From contig JBEKBM010000006.1 of NCBI GenBank assembly GCA_050015395.1, positions 32,001-96,000 on the forward strand: a stretch of DNA of 64,000 bases. Direction: 5' to 3'. Shown one piece after another: positions 49,801 to 59,370 of this stretch (positions are counted from its first letter, which is position 1; every line of letters begins with the position of its first letter). Origin of the DNA: Candidatus Bathyarchaeia archaeon. Lineage in GTDB: Archaea; Thermoproteota; Bathyarchaeia; Bathyarchaeales; Bathycorpusculaceae. Below the pieces are notes generated by a model. The model made no database searches and was not told the DNA's origin. It saw only the letters and a program-made list of their open reading frames with translations. Both the position numbers and the translations under genes were made by a program.

Positions 49801-49840
49801 AAGAGAGCCGAAAATTGTGTAATTGAATCCATCGGAACCC
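49801..49840 (+). repeat. Decayed copy of the tRNA-Arg 3' half including the intron end (attR remnant)
   Basis: AAGAGAGCcGAAAaTtgTGtaaTtgAATCCATCGGAACCC versus AAGAGAGCTGAAAGTCATGGGTTCAAATCCCATCGGACCC. Confidence 0.7.
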
Positions 49841-49917
49841 AGAATCTAAAATGCGTCAAAGCATTAAGAAAATAACTGCTTTAAATTTGAAGTGTCCGCA
49901 TTCGTATCGATGATTGC

Positions 49918-50979
49918 TTATGATTTGCACTTTGGTTGTTGTTGTGAGATGCAGTGAATTGCCCCAAACCCACATATCAAGTCAACACAATTTATGCCGA
50001 CAACTTTTCTTTTCGGGAATAGTTCTTGCAGAATAGATAATGCTATCTTGTCGTTCCCGTGTTCAAAGGTTGGAACCAAAACTGTTTTGTTGCCTATGTA
50101 AAAGTTTGTGTAGCTTGCGGGGAGTCTTTTTTTGTTGCACTCGATGTTTCCTGGCATGGGCAGCTTGACAATGTTTAGTTTCTTGCCATCTTGGTCAGTG
50201 GATTGGCAAAGTATGTCATAATTTTTTCTTAAGGCGTCTGCATTCTCATCGTTGCCTTCTTCATAAGCGCACACAACTGTCGTCGGGTTAACAAACCGTG
50301 CAAGATCGTCCACATGACCATCTGTATCATCTCCAGCGATACCACTTTTCAACCAAATTATGTGAGCCACGCCCAGATAGTCTTGTAAGAATTTCTCGAT
50401 TTTTTCTTTGTTAAGGTGAGGATTTCTGTTCTTGTTTAGTAGACACTGTTCAGTTGTGAGCAGGGTTCCTTTTCCGTTGACATCTATTGATCCGCCCTCC
50501 AGAACGATGCCTGGTTCAAAACAGTTCAAGCGCATCTCGTGATTTATTATGCGTGCGATCTGCTTGTCTTTCAAAAGTTCTTCGTATTTTTCTCCCCAAG
50601 AATTAAAAATCCAGCGCACCATTGCTAACTCTTGGTTTCTGTTCCTCACAAATATCGGACCGTAATCTCTAAACCATACATCGGCGTAATCAAATTCAAA
50701 AAAACGTATTCTCTTTAAATCAATCTCTTTTTTTACAAACAAACCTGTTATCTTTTCCTTCATGACCTCATCTTTCACAAAAAGATTAACGTATTCATCT
50801 TCATGGAGTAGCTGCACGATTTGAACGTAAGTTTCCTCGACTTTCTCGACGCCGGACGTAAAGGTTGTAGGGTCATGTGGCCACGCTAACCAGACTGCCT
50901 CATGCTTACACCATTCTGCGGGCATGCAGTATCCTAGTTCGCGGGGCGTCTTGTTTGAAGACGTATTTCCAGTCCTCAT
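49918..50979 (-). CDS. aguA: Agmatine deiminase
   Basis: MPAEW, DVWFRDYGP, LEGGSID, DTDGHVD, PASYTNF, GAIHCISQQQP. Confidence 0.95.
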   Translation of the reverse strand: MRTGNTSSNKTPRELGYCMPAEWCKHEAVWLAWPHDPTTFTSGVEKVEETYVQIVQLLHEDEYVNLFVKDEVMKEKITGLFVKKEIDLKRIRFFEFDYADVWFRDYGPIFVRNRNQELAMVRWIFNSWGEKYEELLKDKQIARIINHEMRLNCFEPGIVLEGGSIDVNGKGTLLTTEQCLLNKNRNPHLNKEKIEKFLQDYLGVAHIIWLKSGIAGDDTDGHVDDLARFVNPTTVVCAYEEGNDENADALRKNYDILCQSTDQDGKKLNIVKLPMPGNIECNKKRLPASYTNFYIGNKTVLVPTFEHGNDKIALSILQELFPKRKVVGINCVDLICGFGAIHCISQQQPKCKS

Positions 50980-51891
50980 TTATTGTGCCTCAGAATTATT
51001 TTCGGTTAGTTTATTGTACGTGTCTGGTCGCCGATTTTTAAGGAACCCCCACCCTTCTTGGATCCTTTTATTTTTATTAAGATCCACCTTGACAACCAAT
51101 ACTTCCTCATTCGTATCGCTTGCTTCTTTAAGCACTTTCCCAAAGGAGTCACATACGAATGAACCGCCCCAAAACTTTAGTTGCCCTTCCTCGCCTACCC
51201 TATTCACAGCAGCAACATGGACTCCATTCATTATGGCGGTGGCACGTTGCACTGTTTTCCAAGCGTCATGCCAGTCCCCGTCTGGCGAGGTATAGCCTTT
51301 AATCCAGCCAATCGCTGTGGGATAGAATATGATTTCTGCGCCGTTTAACGCGTTGATTCTGGCGGGTTCAGGGAACCATTGGTCATAGCAGATGAGTACC
51401 CCCACAGAAGCGTAATGGGTTTTGTGCACAGAGTAACCTGAGTCGCCTGCTTCAAAATAGTTTTTTTCATAGAAAAACGGGTCATTTGGTACGTGTACTT
51501 TGCGGTAAGAGCCTAAAATTTTCCCGTCAGCATCAATTATGACCGCTGAGTTGTAGTATTTTCCGTTTGAATGTTTTTCAAAAATAGGCGCAATTATAAC
51601 TATCTTGTTCTTTTTCGCCAGCTCTGAGAAAGCTCTTGTAGATTCCCCGGGAATCGTTTCAGCTAATTGACTAACGTCCTGTTTTTCTTCTTGCGGAAAA
51701 TATTTGGTTCTGTACAGTTCTTGGAGGCAGACAATTTGAGCCCCTCTTCGTGAAGCTTCTTCGATTCTTTCTATGGTCTTTTTCATATTGTCAGCTATGT
51801 TGTCTGAAACAGTCGTTTGAATAAGTCCAATATTAACGATTTTTTCTTCTGTTCCAAAATCGTTTGGGTCAACAGTATCAGTAGATTTCAT
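50980..51891 (-). CDS. aguB: N-carbamoylputrescine amidase (nitrilase family)
   Basis: CLQEL, YRKVHVP, ICYDQWFPE, YPTAIGW; abuts aguA. Confidence 0.9.
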   Translation of the reverse strand: MKSTDTVDPNDFGTEEKIVNIGLIQTTVSDNIADNMKKTIERIEEASRRGAQIVCLQELYRTKYFPQEEKQDVSQLAETIPGESTRAFSELAKKNKIVIIAPIFEKHSNGKYYNSAVIIDADGKILGSYRKVHVPNDPFFYEKNYFEAGDSGYSVHKTHYASVGVLICYDQWFPEPARINALNGAEIIFYPTAIGWIKGYTSPDGDWHDAWKTVQRATAIMNGVHVAAVNRVGEEGQLKFWGGSFVCDSFGKVLKEASDTNEEVLVVKVDLNKNKRIQEGWGFLKNRRPDTYNKLTENNSEAQ

Positions 51892-52197
51892 TATCCTTCC
51901 TTAATCGCAACTATGTGAGGCTCTGGTCGTAATAACTTTTCTGAGCCAAGACACAGAATACCACGATAGAATGCCCAAAACTAAAGCCTTCGCGCGTCTG
52001 AAAATGATATGTCAGGAAAAGAGTGCCTATATCCTATCACGTATCACACAAAAACAAGAGCACATTATGGAGTGAGTTAGATACAATGAGAGTACTCTAA
52101 AAGAGTATCTCCTTTTTCATTCGTGTTTTAATAGAGAATTAGCCACATCTGATAATGAACTGGAGAAACTTAATATTTACACACGCGATAGCTATAT

Positions 52198-52716
52198 TTG
52201 GGTTTCTTTATGAAGCGGAAACTTCTGGTAGCTAGTTTTGCCTTAATCTTAGCGGTAATTGCTGTCTTGTCAGCCTATCAAATCATTACTCCATCTTACT
52301 CGAATACTGTATCATCCAAGTTTTTTACAAAGGGCAGGGACGCTCCTTATGCAGCAGGAAGTTCGGTATCCTGCGAAATCACCATGCCAAAAACCGCTGT
52401 CCTGACTGGAAGCTTCATTACAAACAATAGCGTATCATTCTACATCTTGACCTCAGAAGAATACTCTGAACAATCTCCTAGTTTTTCAGGCTCAATATCA
52501 TATTATTATACTACTGGAGATGTTTCTTCAGCCATGGTAAATGTGACGTTGCCAGCTGCAACATATTACCTACTTTTCGCATTCAAGAGCAGTAGCGAGA
52601 CCATACCTACAGCCGAAAATGTTACTGGAATTGGTAGTAACACTGGAATTGGTAGTGAACCCGTATGCACAATGCTTAGTATCACGCAGAGTTTCGTTGC
52701 AACATCCATATCGTGA
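52198..52716 (+). CDS. Membrane-anchored or secreted Ser/Thr-rich beta-sandwich protein
   Basis: N-terminal signal/TM; VSFYIL, TYYLLF; internal repeat TGIGS x2. Confidence 0.7.
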   Translation: MGFFMKRKLLVASFALILAVIAVLSAYQIITPSYSNTVSSKFFTKGRDAPYAAGSSVSCEITMPKTAVLTGSFITNNSVSFYILTSEEYSEQSPSFSGSISYYYTTGDVSSAMVNVTLPAATYYLLFAFKSSSETIPTAENVTGIGSNTGIGSEPVCTMLSITQSFVATSIS

Positions 52717-53277
52717 GGTCAAAATTTAATCCAAGCGCCACGCTCTGAATCTAAGTCGGTTTAGGATGGTCGCAATAATTACTAGTGTGTTTTTAGCTGG
52801 TGCTTTTAGTCCAAGTAATTGTGTTATGCTTTTAGCATTCTTATTTCAATAGTAAATAGTACCCTCCCTCCCACTTCTGGAAGAGCTCGTTTTGGATTGC
52901 TTTTTTGGTTTAGGGCTTGAATTAGCGTTAGGCTGAAGTATTTTCTGTAAATTTGGTATATAAAGAGGTAAAAAGGCATTAAAGAGTGATTGCTTGTGAG
53001 CCTGCAATGTTTAAAACCAAATTGCAAACAGGTAAATCGAACTGTCCTAAATACACATAATTACTATATTTCATGAGGGTTTTCGTGGTCTGCCATTTTT
53101 CATGTAATATACCAAACATACTGTTATGCGTTGGTCGTATCTGGTAGTCAGTTTGGAGACGACGTGAATCTGCCTAAATTAACACGGTTTAAGCATGTAT
53201 TGATTGGAAATTATTCACCTATTTTCGCAGGTTGTCAAGCGATTATAGAAAAGTTTCATAAGGTCTCTTTCTCATAA

Positions 53278-53754
53278 ATGTTCAGGGGTATTGGGATGCT
53301 TTCAACAAGCTTGGATGATTTGGACAAGCGTATACTTAAGCTGTTGCAATTTAATGGCCGGCTTTCTTTTGCAGATCTTAGCCGTGAACTAGATGCCGCT
53401 GAAGCCACAGTTAGATTTCGAGTTAACCGGCTTGTAAGCAACGGTGTCATCACTCGATTTGCAGCATTGCTTGATCCAGCTAAAGTTGGTATGAAAGTGA
53501 GCGGAGCAATCCTGCTCAAAATTGATCCAGCCTATTTGGAAGAAGCTTGCAAGCAATTAGTTTCATTTAGCGAAACGCAGTACTTGTTTCAAAGCACCGG
53601 TGAATACGACGTGGTTTCTGTAATTGTTGCCCGAGACATGGAACACCTTAATAACTTAATTAAAAAGACCAAGATTATTCCAGGTGTAAAAGATGCACGG
53701 GTATCAGTGACAACGAGGTTTTTGAAATTTGACCCCAGCATCATCCTGTTATAA
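53278..53754 (+). CDS. Lrp/AsnC-family transcriptional regulator
   Basis: LDDLDKRILKLLQFNGRLSFADLS, STGEYD. Confidence 0.93.
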   Translation: MFRGIGMLSTSLDDLDKRILKLLQFNGRLSFADLSRELDAAEATVRFRVNRLVSNGVITRFAALLDPAKVGMKVSGAILLKIDPAYLEEACKQLVSFSETQYLFQSTGEYDVVSVIVARDMEHLNNLIKKTKIIPGVKDARVSVTTRFLKFDPSIILL

Positions 53755-53927
53755 TCTAATTCAGCGAAGCTAAGGCTTCCGTTTCTTGCTGAATTAGCAA
53801 GAATTGTCGTCTAACTCTTAGTTTTCCGCAAGGTTAATACGTAAAGCAATGCCAACTATCGCAGTAAAGAGCTAAATCCTAAGGAATAAGTAATCGCTTT
53901 AAAAACCAAGCTTGACTTCAAGGTGAA

Positions 53928-54485
53928 ATGGTGAAAGAGAACACTGGTCAGATTAAAGATGAGAAATGTAAAAATTCAGAGGCAAAACTCAATTCACATG
54001 ATTCTACAACATCATCGCTCATAAGTCTCGACGAAACTGACAGAATAATACTGCAGATGCTTCAAGATGACTTCCCCATTGTGCAAGAACCCTGGCTCGA
54101 AATAAGCAACAGGCTCAAAATCAGTGAAGGCGAAGTTATATCGCGTTTAAAGCGGCTTATTGAAGCTGGTGCCATCGTAAAGATAGGTCCAATCTTTGAT
54201 GCTTCAAGAATCGGTTTAAAGGCAGCTACTTTAGTCGCATTGAGGGTACCAAAAAACAAAGTGAATGATGTTGCTCGTGTCATAAACGAATATGATAACG
54301 TTTCCCACAATTACGAACGTGAGGACGAATATAACGTATGGTTTACTCTTGCTGCGTCAAGTAATAGCGAATTAGCCATGATACTGGATGAGATCAAGCA
54401 AAAAACAGACACCAAAGATCATGATATACTTGACTTGCCTACCATCCGTCGCTTTAAGATAAACGTACATTTCCAACTAACCTAA
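53928..54485 (+). CDS. ahbA: Siroheme decarboxylase subunit alpha
   Basis: LQDDFPIVQEPW, IGPIFD, VSHNYER, YNVWFT. Confidence 0.9.
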   Translation: MVKENTGQIKDEKCKNSEAKLNSHDSTTSSLISLDETDRIILQMLQDDFPIVQEPWLEISNRLKISEGEVISRLKRLIEAGAIVKIGPIFDASRIGLKAATLVALRVPKNKVNDVARVINEYDNVSHNYEREDEYNVWFTLAASSNSELAMILDEIKQKTDTKDHDILDLPTIRRFKINVHFQLT

Positions 54486-54509
54486 ACAAACTTTTAAGGT
54501 GAAAGAAAA

Positions 54510-55043
54510 TTGGATGAAATTGACCATAAACTTTTAGCTGGCATGGAAAAAGGCATTACTTTGACAACAGAGCCTTTCAAAGAGATTGCCCTTCAGCTAG
54601 GAATCACACCGAAAGAAGTCGTCACTCGCCTATGTAAACTTAAAGAGAAAGGCGTAATCAGGCGATTTGGCGCTTCAATAAAACCTAACAACATTGGTTT
54701 CTCGGCAAATGCCCTTGTAGCTTGGAAGGTGCCTGAAAACCGCGTTCAAGAAATAGGAGTTTATTTGTCAAAATATCAAGAAATCTCACACTGCTACGAG
54801 CGCAAAACTGTCAATGGAAGATGGGACTACAATCTCTACGCAGTTATACATGGAAGAGAACGAGAAGTTGTTCAGCGTATGGTTAAGGAAATCTCAGAGG
54901 GAATCGCAATAAACGAATACAAAATATTGTACAGCACAAGAGACCTTAAAAGAACAAATGTCAGCCTTGGCAGCTCCGCCATGATTCCAGCAAAAGCTTC
55001 TGCTATTTTGCCTTACGATTTTCGGGAGATGAACGATCCTTGA
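54510..55043 (+). CDS. ahbB: Siroheme decarboxylase subunit beta
   Basis: IRRFGA, NALVAW, SHCYER, WDYNLYAVIHG. Confidence 0.9.
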   Translation: MDEIDHKLLAGMEKGITLTTEPFKEIALQLGITPKEVVTRLCKLKEKGVIRRFGASIKPNNIGFSANALVAWKVPENRVQEIGVYLSKYQEISHCYERKTVNGRWDYNLYAVIHGREREVVQRMVKEISEGIAINEYKILYSTRDLKRTNVSLGSSAMIPAKASAILPYDFREMNDP

Positions 55044-56188
55044 TTAACATTACAAAACTTTGGTGTGGCACTCCAGGCTCTATGGATCACTTACGATATG
55101 GCGTTGCAACTCACCAAAGACCAGTTGTTGTTTGGAACACTACCAGACGCTGTAACCTCAATTGCTTGCACTGCTATTCGAAGTCCGAGAATAAGATATA
55201 CCCCAACGAATTAACGACGGATGAAGCTAAAGCTTTTGTGAAAGATATAGCAGAGTTCGGTGTTAACGTACTGTTGTTTTCCGGCGGAGAACCATTGCTT
55301 AGACACGACCTTTTTGAAGTTGCACGTTTCGCTTCCGAAGCAGGCTTAAGAGCAGTGTTATCTACAAACGGCACACTAATTACAGAGAGCGTAGCAGGGC
55401 AATTAAAAAATGCAGGTTTTTCCTATGTGGGAATTAGTTTAGATGGGATAGGCGAAACTAACAACAAGTTTAGAGGCAAAAAAGAAGCCTTCGAGCTGGC
55501 AGTTGAAGGAATCCGGAACTGCCTTAAAGCGGAGGTTAAAACGGGCTTACGCTTTACCGTCACTAAATATAATTTCAAGGACCTTCCTGAAATTTTCGAG
55601 CTCATTGAAGCTGAAGGACTCCCTCGAGTATGCCTTTATCACTTAGCATACGTGGGGCGAGGAACCGAAATTACAAATGAGGATCTTACGCATGAACAGA
55701 CAAGGGAGTTCATGGATTACGTTTTAAAGAAAGCCGAGACTTTCCACAAGAAAGCCTTAAACACCGAAATCTTAACCGTTGACAATCATGCAGATGCAGC
55801 GTATTTGTACCTTAAACTGAAAAAAAAGGACCCGAAAAAAGCTGCAGAAGCGCTTCAACTTCTAAAGGTAAATGGCGGCAACAGCTCGGGCACAGGGATA
55901 GCTTGCGTTGATTTTAATGGTTATGTGCATCCAGATCAATTCTGGCAACATTACTCACTAGGTAATATCCGAACACGCAAATTCAGCCAAATCTGGGCAG
56001 ACAACTCCGAACCGTTGCTTCAAGCTCTCAGGAACAGAAAAATTCAACTCCACGGAAAATGTACAGAATGCCGATTTCTTGATATCTGTAACGGCAACCT
56101 CAGAGTTAGAGCGGAAGCAGTTTATGGAGACACATGGGCACCTGACCCTGCCTGCTACTTAACACCGCAAGAAATAAAGCGCGATTAA
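55040..56188 (+). CDS. ahbC: Fe-coproporphyrin III synthase (radical SAM)
   Basis: RPVVVWNTTRRCNLNCLHCY, YHLAYVGRG, LTVDNHAD, GGNSSG, CNGNLRVRA, DPACYL. Confidence 0.92.
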   Translation: MINITKLWCGTPGSMDHLRYGVATHQRPVVVWNTTRRCNLNCLHCYSKSENKIYPNELTTDEAKAFVKDIAEFGVNVLLFSGGEPLLRHDLFEVARFASEAGLRAVLSTNGTLITESVAGQLKNAGFSYVGISLDGIGETNNKFRGKKEAFELAVEGIRNCLKAEVKTGLRFTVTKYNFKDLPEIFELIEAEGLPRVCLYHLAYVGRGTEITNEDLTHEQTREFMDYVLKKAETFHKKALNTEILTVDNHADAAYLYLKLKKKDPKKAAEALQLLKVNGGNSSGTGIACVDFNGYVHPDQFWQHYSLGNIRTRKFSQIWADNSEPLLQALRNRKIQLHGKCTECRFLDICNGNLRVRAEAVYGDTWAPDPACYLTPQEIKRD

Positions 56189-56201
56189 GAAGGCAAACAG
56201 C

Positions 56202-57254
56202 ATGAACGCAACCGACAAATCACGCTCATCCGAAACGCAAGAAGTTGCACCTAGAGTTATGGCTTGGGAATCCACGCGTGCCTGCAATTTTGCATGCGTT
56301 CACTGTAGAGCTGAAGCACAAAGAGAGCCTGATCCAAAACAACTCACAACCCAAGAAGCACTAAATTTGGTAGATCAAATCGCCGAGTTATGCAAGCCAG
56401 TTTTCATTATAAGTGGCGGTGACCCTCTCCAGAGAAAAGACATCTTCGAAATCGCCTCATACGCTTCCAGCTTAGGTTTACGAGTGGTTATGTCTCCAAG
56501 CGGCAGCAACCTGACAGCAGGCACCTTTGAAAAATTGAAGACGGCTGGCGTAAAGATGATTTCACTTAGTCTTGACGGTTCGAGCCCTGAGATTCATGAT
56601 AATTTCAGGCAGGTAACTGGCGCTTTCAATTTGGCTATGAAAAACATGTCGCTGGCTCGTCAAAGCGGATTTGCTTTTCGCGTTAACACAACTGTCACCC
56701 AGCATAACCTCAATGACCTCTTCAATATTCAAAAGGTAGCGGCTGAAATGGGCGCTCGTGAATGGGACGTCTTCATGCTGGTGCCGACGGGTCGCGGAAA
56801 GGTAAAGATGGAAATAACGCCAGACCAATATGAGGAGACTATTCAGTCTATTTATAAAGCAAGCCTCACATCGCCTATTCCGATTAAAATGACCTGTGCA
56901 CCTCAATACATGAGAGTTATCGCTCAGCAGCAAAAAGAACCTCACCAGCCCCATACAGGCGGCAGAGGATGCATGGCTGGCAACGGTTTCTGCTTTATCT
57001 CACACGTCGGAGAAGTCTTCGGTTGCGGCTTCCTTCCAGTTCCAGCTGGCGATGTTAGGCAGCAAAAATTCAAGCAAATTTATCAGCAGTCTCCATTGTT
57101 TGTTCAACTGCGCAATCATGAATTGTTGAAAGGGAAATGTGGCAGGTGTGAGTACAGAGTGTTGTGTGGCGGTTGTCGTGCAAGGGCATTGTCAGTTAAT
57201 AAGGGCTACTTAGAAGAGGAACCGTACTGCCTTTACCAACCCAAAATGTTATGA
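56202..57254 (+). CDS. ahbD: Heme b synthase (radical SAM)
   Basis: AWESTRACNFACVHCRA, VPTGRG, TCAPQY, GCMAG, CGGCRARA, EEPYC. Confidence 0.9.
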   Translation: MNATDKSRSSETQEVAPRVMAWESTRACNFACVHCRAEAQREPDPKQLTTQEALNLVDQIAELCKPVFIISGGDPLQRKDIFEIASYASSLGLRVVMSPSGSNLTAGTFEKLKTAGVKMISLSLDGSSPEIHDNFRQVTGAFNLAMKNMSLARQSGFAFRVNTTVTQHNLNDLFNIQKVAAEMGAREWDVFMLVPTGRGKVKMEITPDQYEETIQSIYKASLTSPIPIKMTCAPQYMRVIAQQQKEPHQPHTGGRGCMAGNGFCFISHVGEVFGCGFLPVPAGDVRQQKFKQIYQQSPLFVQLRNHELLKGKCGRCEYRVLCGGCRARALSVNKGYLEEEPYCLYQPKML

Positions 57255-57322
57255 GCTAGAAACCAAGCGTCTTGAGTAACCTTTGAAATAGTAAAAAAAA
57301 GGATGAAGATTATGTGTTTTAG

Positions 57323-58480
57323 TTAGATTTTGAAGTATTTAGCGTACAGCACTATGCCAATTGCTAGGATAGCTGCGCAAGACGCAGATACAACCGTCAA
57401 ATCCAGGAGTACGGCTGGGCTTGTGACTGCTGCGCCTCTGAGGAAAAGAGACGTTAAAGCGTTTGTAACGTAGTAGCTGGGTACGAATTTGCCTGCAACT
57501 TGAGCGCCGGAAGACAGTGACGCACCAACAAATGTGCCGAGGAAAAGCTGTGGAAGCACGAAGAGGAAGCTTAAGCCTGTTGCTGCACCTGCGGATTTTG
57601 CGATTGTAGCTGTTATTAAGCCGAATCCCACGTTGGACAGTGAGAATATTAGCACCAGTACAAAAGCGAATGCGTAAGCGGGTATGCCGACGTTAGGTCT
57701 GAAACCTAAAGCATATATCATCATGAAAACCAGAGCTGCCTGGATTAACGCGATACCCATGTAGGATGCTACTTGGCTTGCCATGAACTCAGTCGGCGTT
57801 GTGGGTGAGATGCGGATGCGCTTCATCATGCCGTTTTCTCTATCTTGAGTGAATGATTGGGCAACCATCATTATGAGGAATATGGAAGCGAACGTGAACA
57901 TGCCTGGGGCGATGAAGTCAAGTGCCGATGTGGTCTTTACTTCAACCAACGATGCGGTTTCCACGTGGAATGGGCTTTGGAGTGCTTGCTGACTTTGACC
58001 CGCTATGGCGGTGAGAACTTGTTGGATGATTGGCGGTATGGCTTGGGTGGCAACTAAAGAGCCTTTATCTAAATACAAAGAGACGGTGGCGTTTGTCCAT
58101 TTTGACGGGTTATTGGGTGCAGCTTGATATGAAGCTAAGCTTTGGCTGAAATCCGTCGGAATAAGCATCACCGCTTGAACAGTGCCTTGCGACAAGTCGC
58201 TTTGAGCGGTTTGGTTGTTAGCGTATATGTGAATATTCAGTATCTTTGTGTTAGACAACGCTGTGACAAGTATCTGAGAAGCGTTTGAGTTTCCATTGTC
58301 CAAGTTGACTACGCCGATTTGATACGTAACTGTTTGGCTGCCGCCGACTCCGCCGAATGAAACTCCGAAAGCGAAAACGAACACTACTGGAAACAGGAAA
58401 ATCATAAAAAGCACTGCGGGTTCGCGGACTGTTTTCATAATTTCTTTCTTGGTTAAAGCGGATATTCGCTGAAGCTTCAT
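57323..58480 (-). CDS. ABC-2 type exporter permease
   Basis: N-terminal TM, extracellular loop, DRENGMMKRI, five more TM helices. Confidence 0.92.
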   Translation of the reverse strand: MKLQRISALTKKEIMKTVREPAVLFMIFLFPVVFVFAFGVSFGGVGGSQTVTYQIGVVNLDNGNSNASQILVTALSNTKILNIHIYANNQTAQSDLSQGTVQAVMLIPTDFSQSLASYQAAPNNPSKWTNATVSLYLDKGSLVATQAIPPIIQQVLTAIAGQSQQALQSPFHVETASLVEVKTTSALDFIAPGMFTFASIFLIMMVAQSFTQDRENGMMKRIRISPTTPTEFMASQVASYMGIALIQAALVFMMIYALGFRPNVGIPAYAFAFVLVLIFSLSNVGFGLITATIAKSAGAATGLSFLFVLPQLFLGTFVGASLSSGAQVAGKFVPSYYVTNALTSLFLRGAAVTSPAVLLDLTVVSASCAAILAIGIVLYAKYFKI

Positions 58481-59226
58481 TAGACTTCCTCCCGCATGGT
58501 TCTTCCTGTTAGTTTGATGAAAACTTCCTCCAAATTCTTCGCCTGATTTTTAGCAACTAGTTCCTTTGGGCTGCCAAGCGCAATGAGTTTTCCATGGTCA
58601 ATTATGCCTACTCGGTCGCAGAGTTCTTCAGCTTCCTCCATGTAATGCGTGGTTAAGATGATGGTTTTGCCTTGTGTTTTTTGGTCTTTTATAAAGTCCC
58701 AGACAGCATGGCGAGATTGCGGATCCAAGGCTACCGTTGGCTCATCTAAAAAAGCGACTTGAGGGTCGTGTATTAATGCGAGAGTTAGGCTCAGTCGGCG
58801 TTTCATTCCGCCGCTGTATTTTGCCGCTTTCCTTTTTGCGTCTTCTTTTAGCCCCATTTTCGCCATCAGCATGACGCTTCTTTCTTTGAGCATTTTTCCC
58901 TTCATGCCATAGAGGTTTCCGAAAAGCTCAAGGTTCTCTGCGCCAGTTAAGTACGGGTAGATGGCTGTTTCTTGAGTGCAAACACCGATTAGCTCCTTAA
59001 CTTTCTGTGTTTCTTTTTGCACGTCATAGCCGTAGATTTTGGCTTTGCCGCTTGTTGGTTTTACGAGTCCACAGAGGATGTTTATTGTGGTTGTTTTTCC
59101 TGCACCGTTTGGTCCTAGTAATCCGAAGAGTTCTCCTTTGGTGACTTGCAGATTGAGGTTTTCTACTGCTGTTTTGTCTTCAAATCTTTTGGTTAGATTT
59201 TGTATTGTTATTGCTGATTCAGTCAT
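58480..59226 (-). CDS. ABC exporter ATP-binding subunit (likely ATG start at 59226)
   Basis: GPNGAGKTT, YSGGMKRR, LDEPT, TTHYMEEAE. Confidence 0.95.
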   Translation of the reverse strand: MTESAITIQNLTKRFEDKTAVENLNLQVTKGELFGLLGPNGAGKTTTINILCGLVKPTSGKAKIYGYDVQKETQKVKELIGVCTQETAIYPYLTGAENLELFGNLYGMKGKMLKERSVMLMAKMGLKEDAKRKAAKYSGGMKRRLSLTLALIHDPQVAFLDEPTVALDPQSRHAVWDFIKDQKTQGKTIILTTHYMEEAEELCDRVGIIDHGKLIALGSPKELVAKNQAKNLEEVFIKLTGRTMREEV

Positions 59227-59370
59227 TTTGCTTATCTCCTTTTTTACGGTGTAATAGTTTTTTGAGAATTTAGTTTCATGTTTACCTGTTGCTGAAGGAA
59301 AATGCATTTGAGAAGTGCTGGAAAGTCGCTTTTCAACTATGACTGGTTAAAAAACAGGACATTCCCTGAG

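Larger units (their letters stand above)
43010..49840. mobile_element. Eroded integrated region(s) downstream of tRNA-Arg; no integrase seen
   Basis: Decayed tRNA 3' copies at about 47752 and 49801; gene fragments, small ORFs and a VapBC module inside. Confidence 0.55.

Noticed and set aside
48466-59328. 13-bp match TGCTGGAAAGTCG at 59316 and, reversed, at 48466
   Set aside because: Matches of this length are expected by chance in 64 kb
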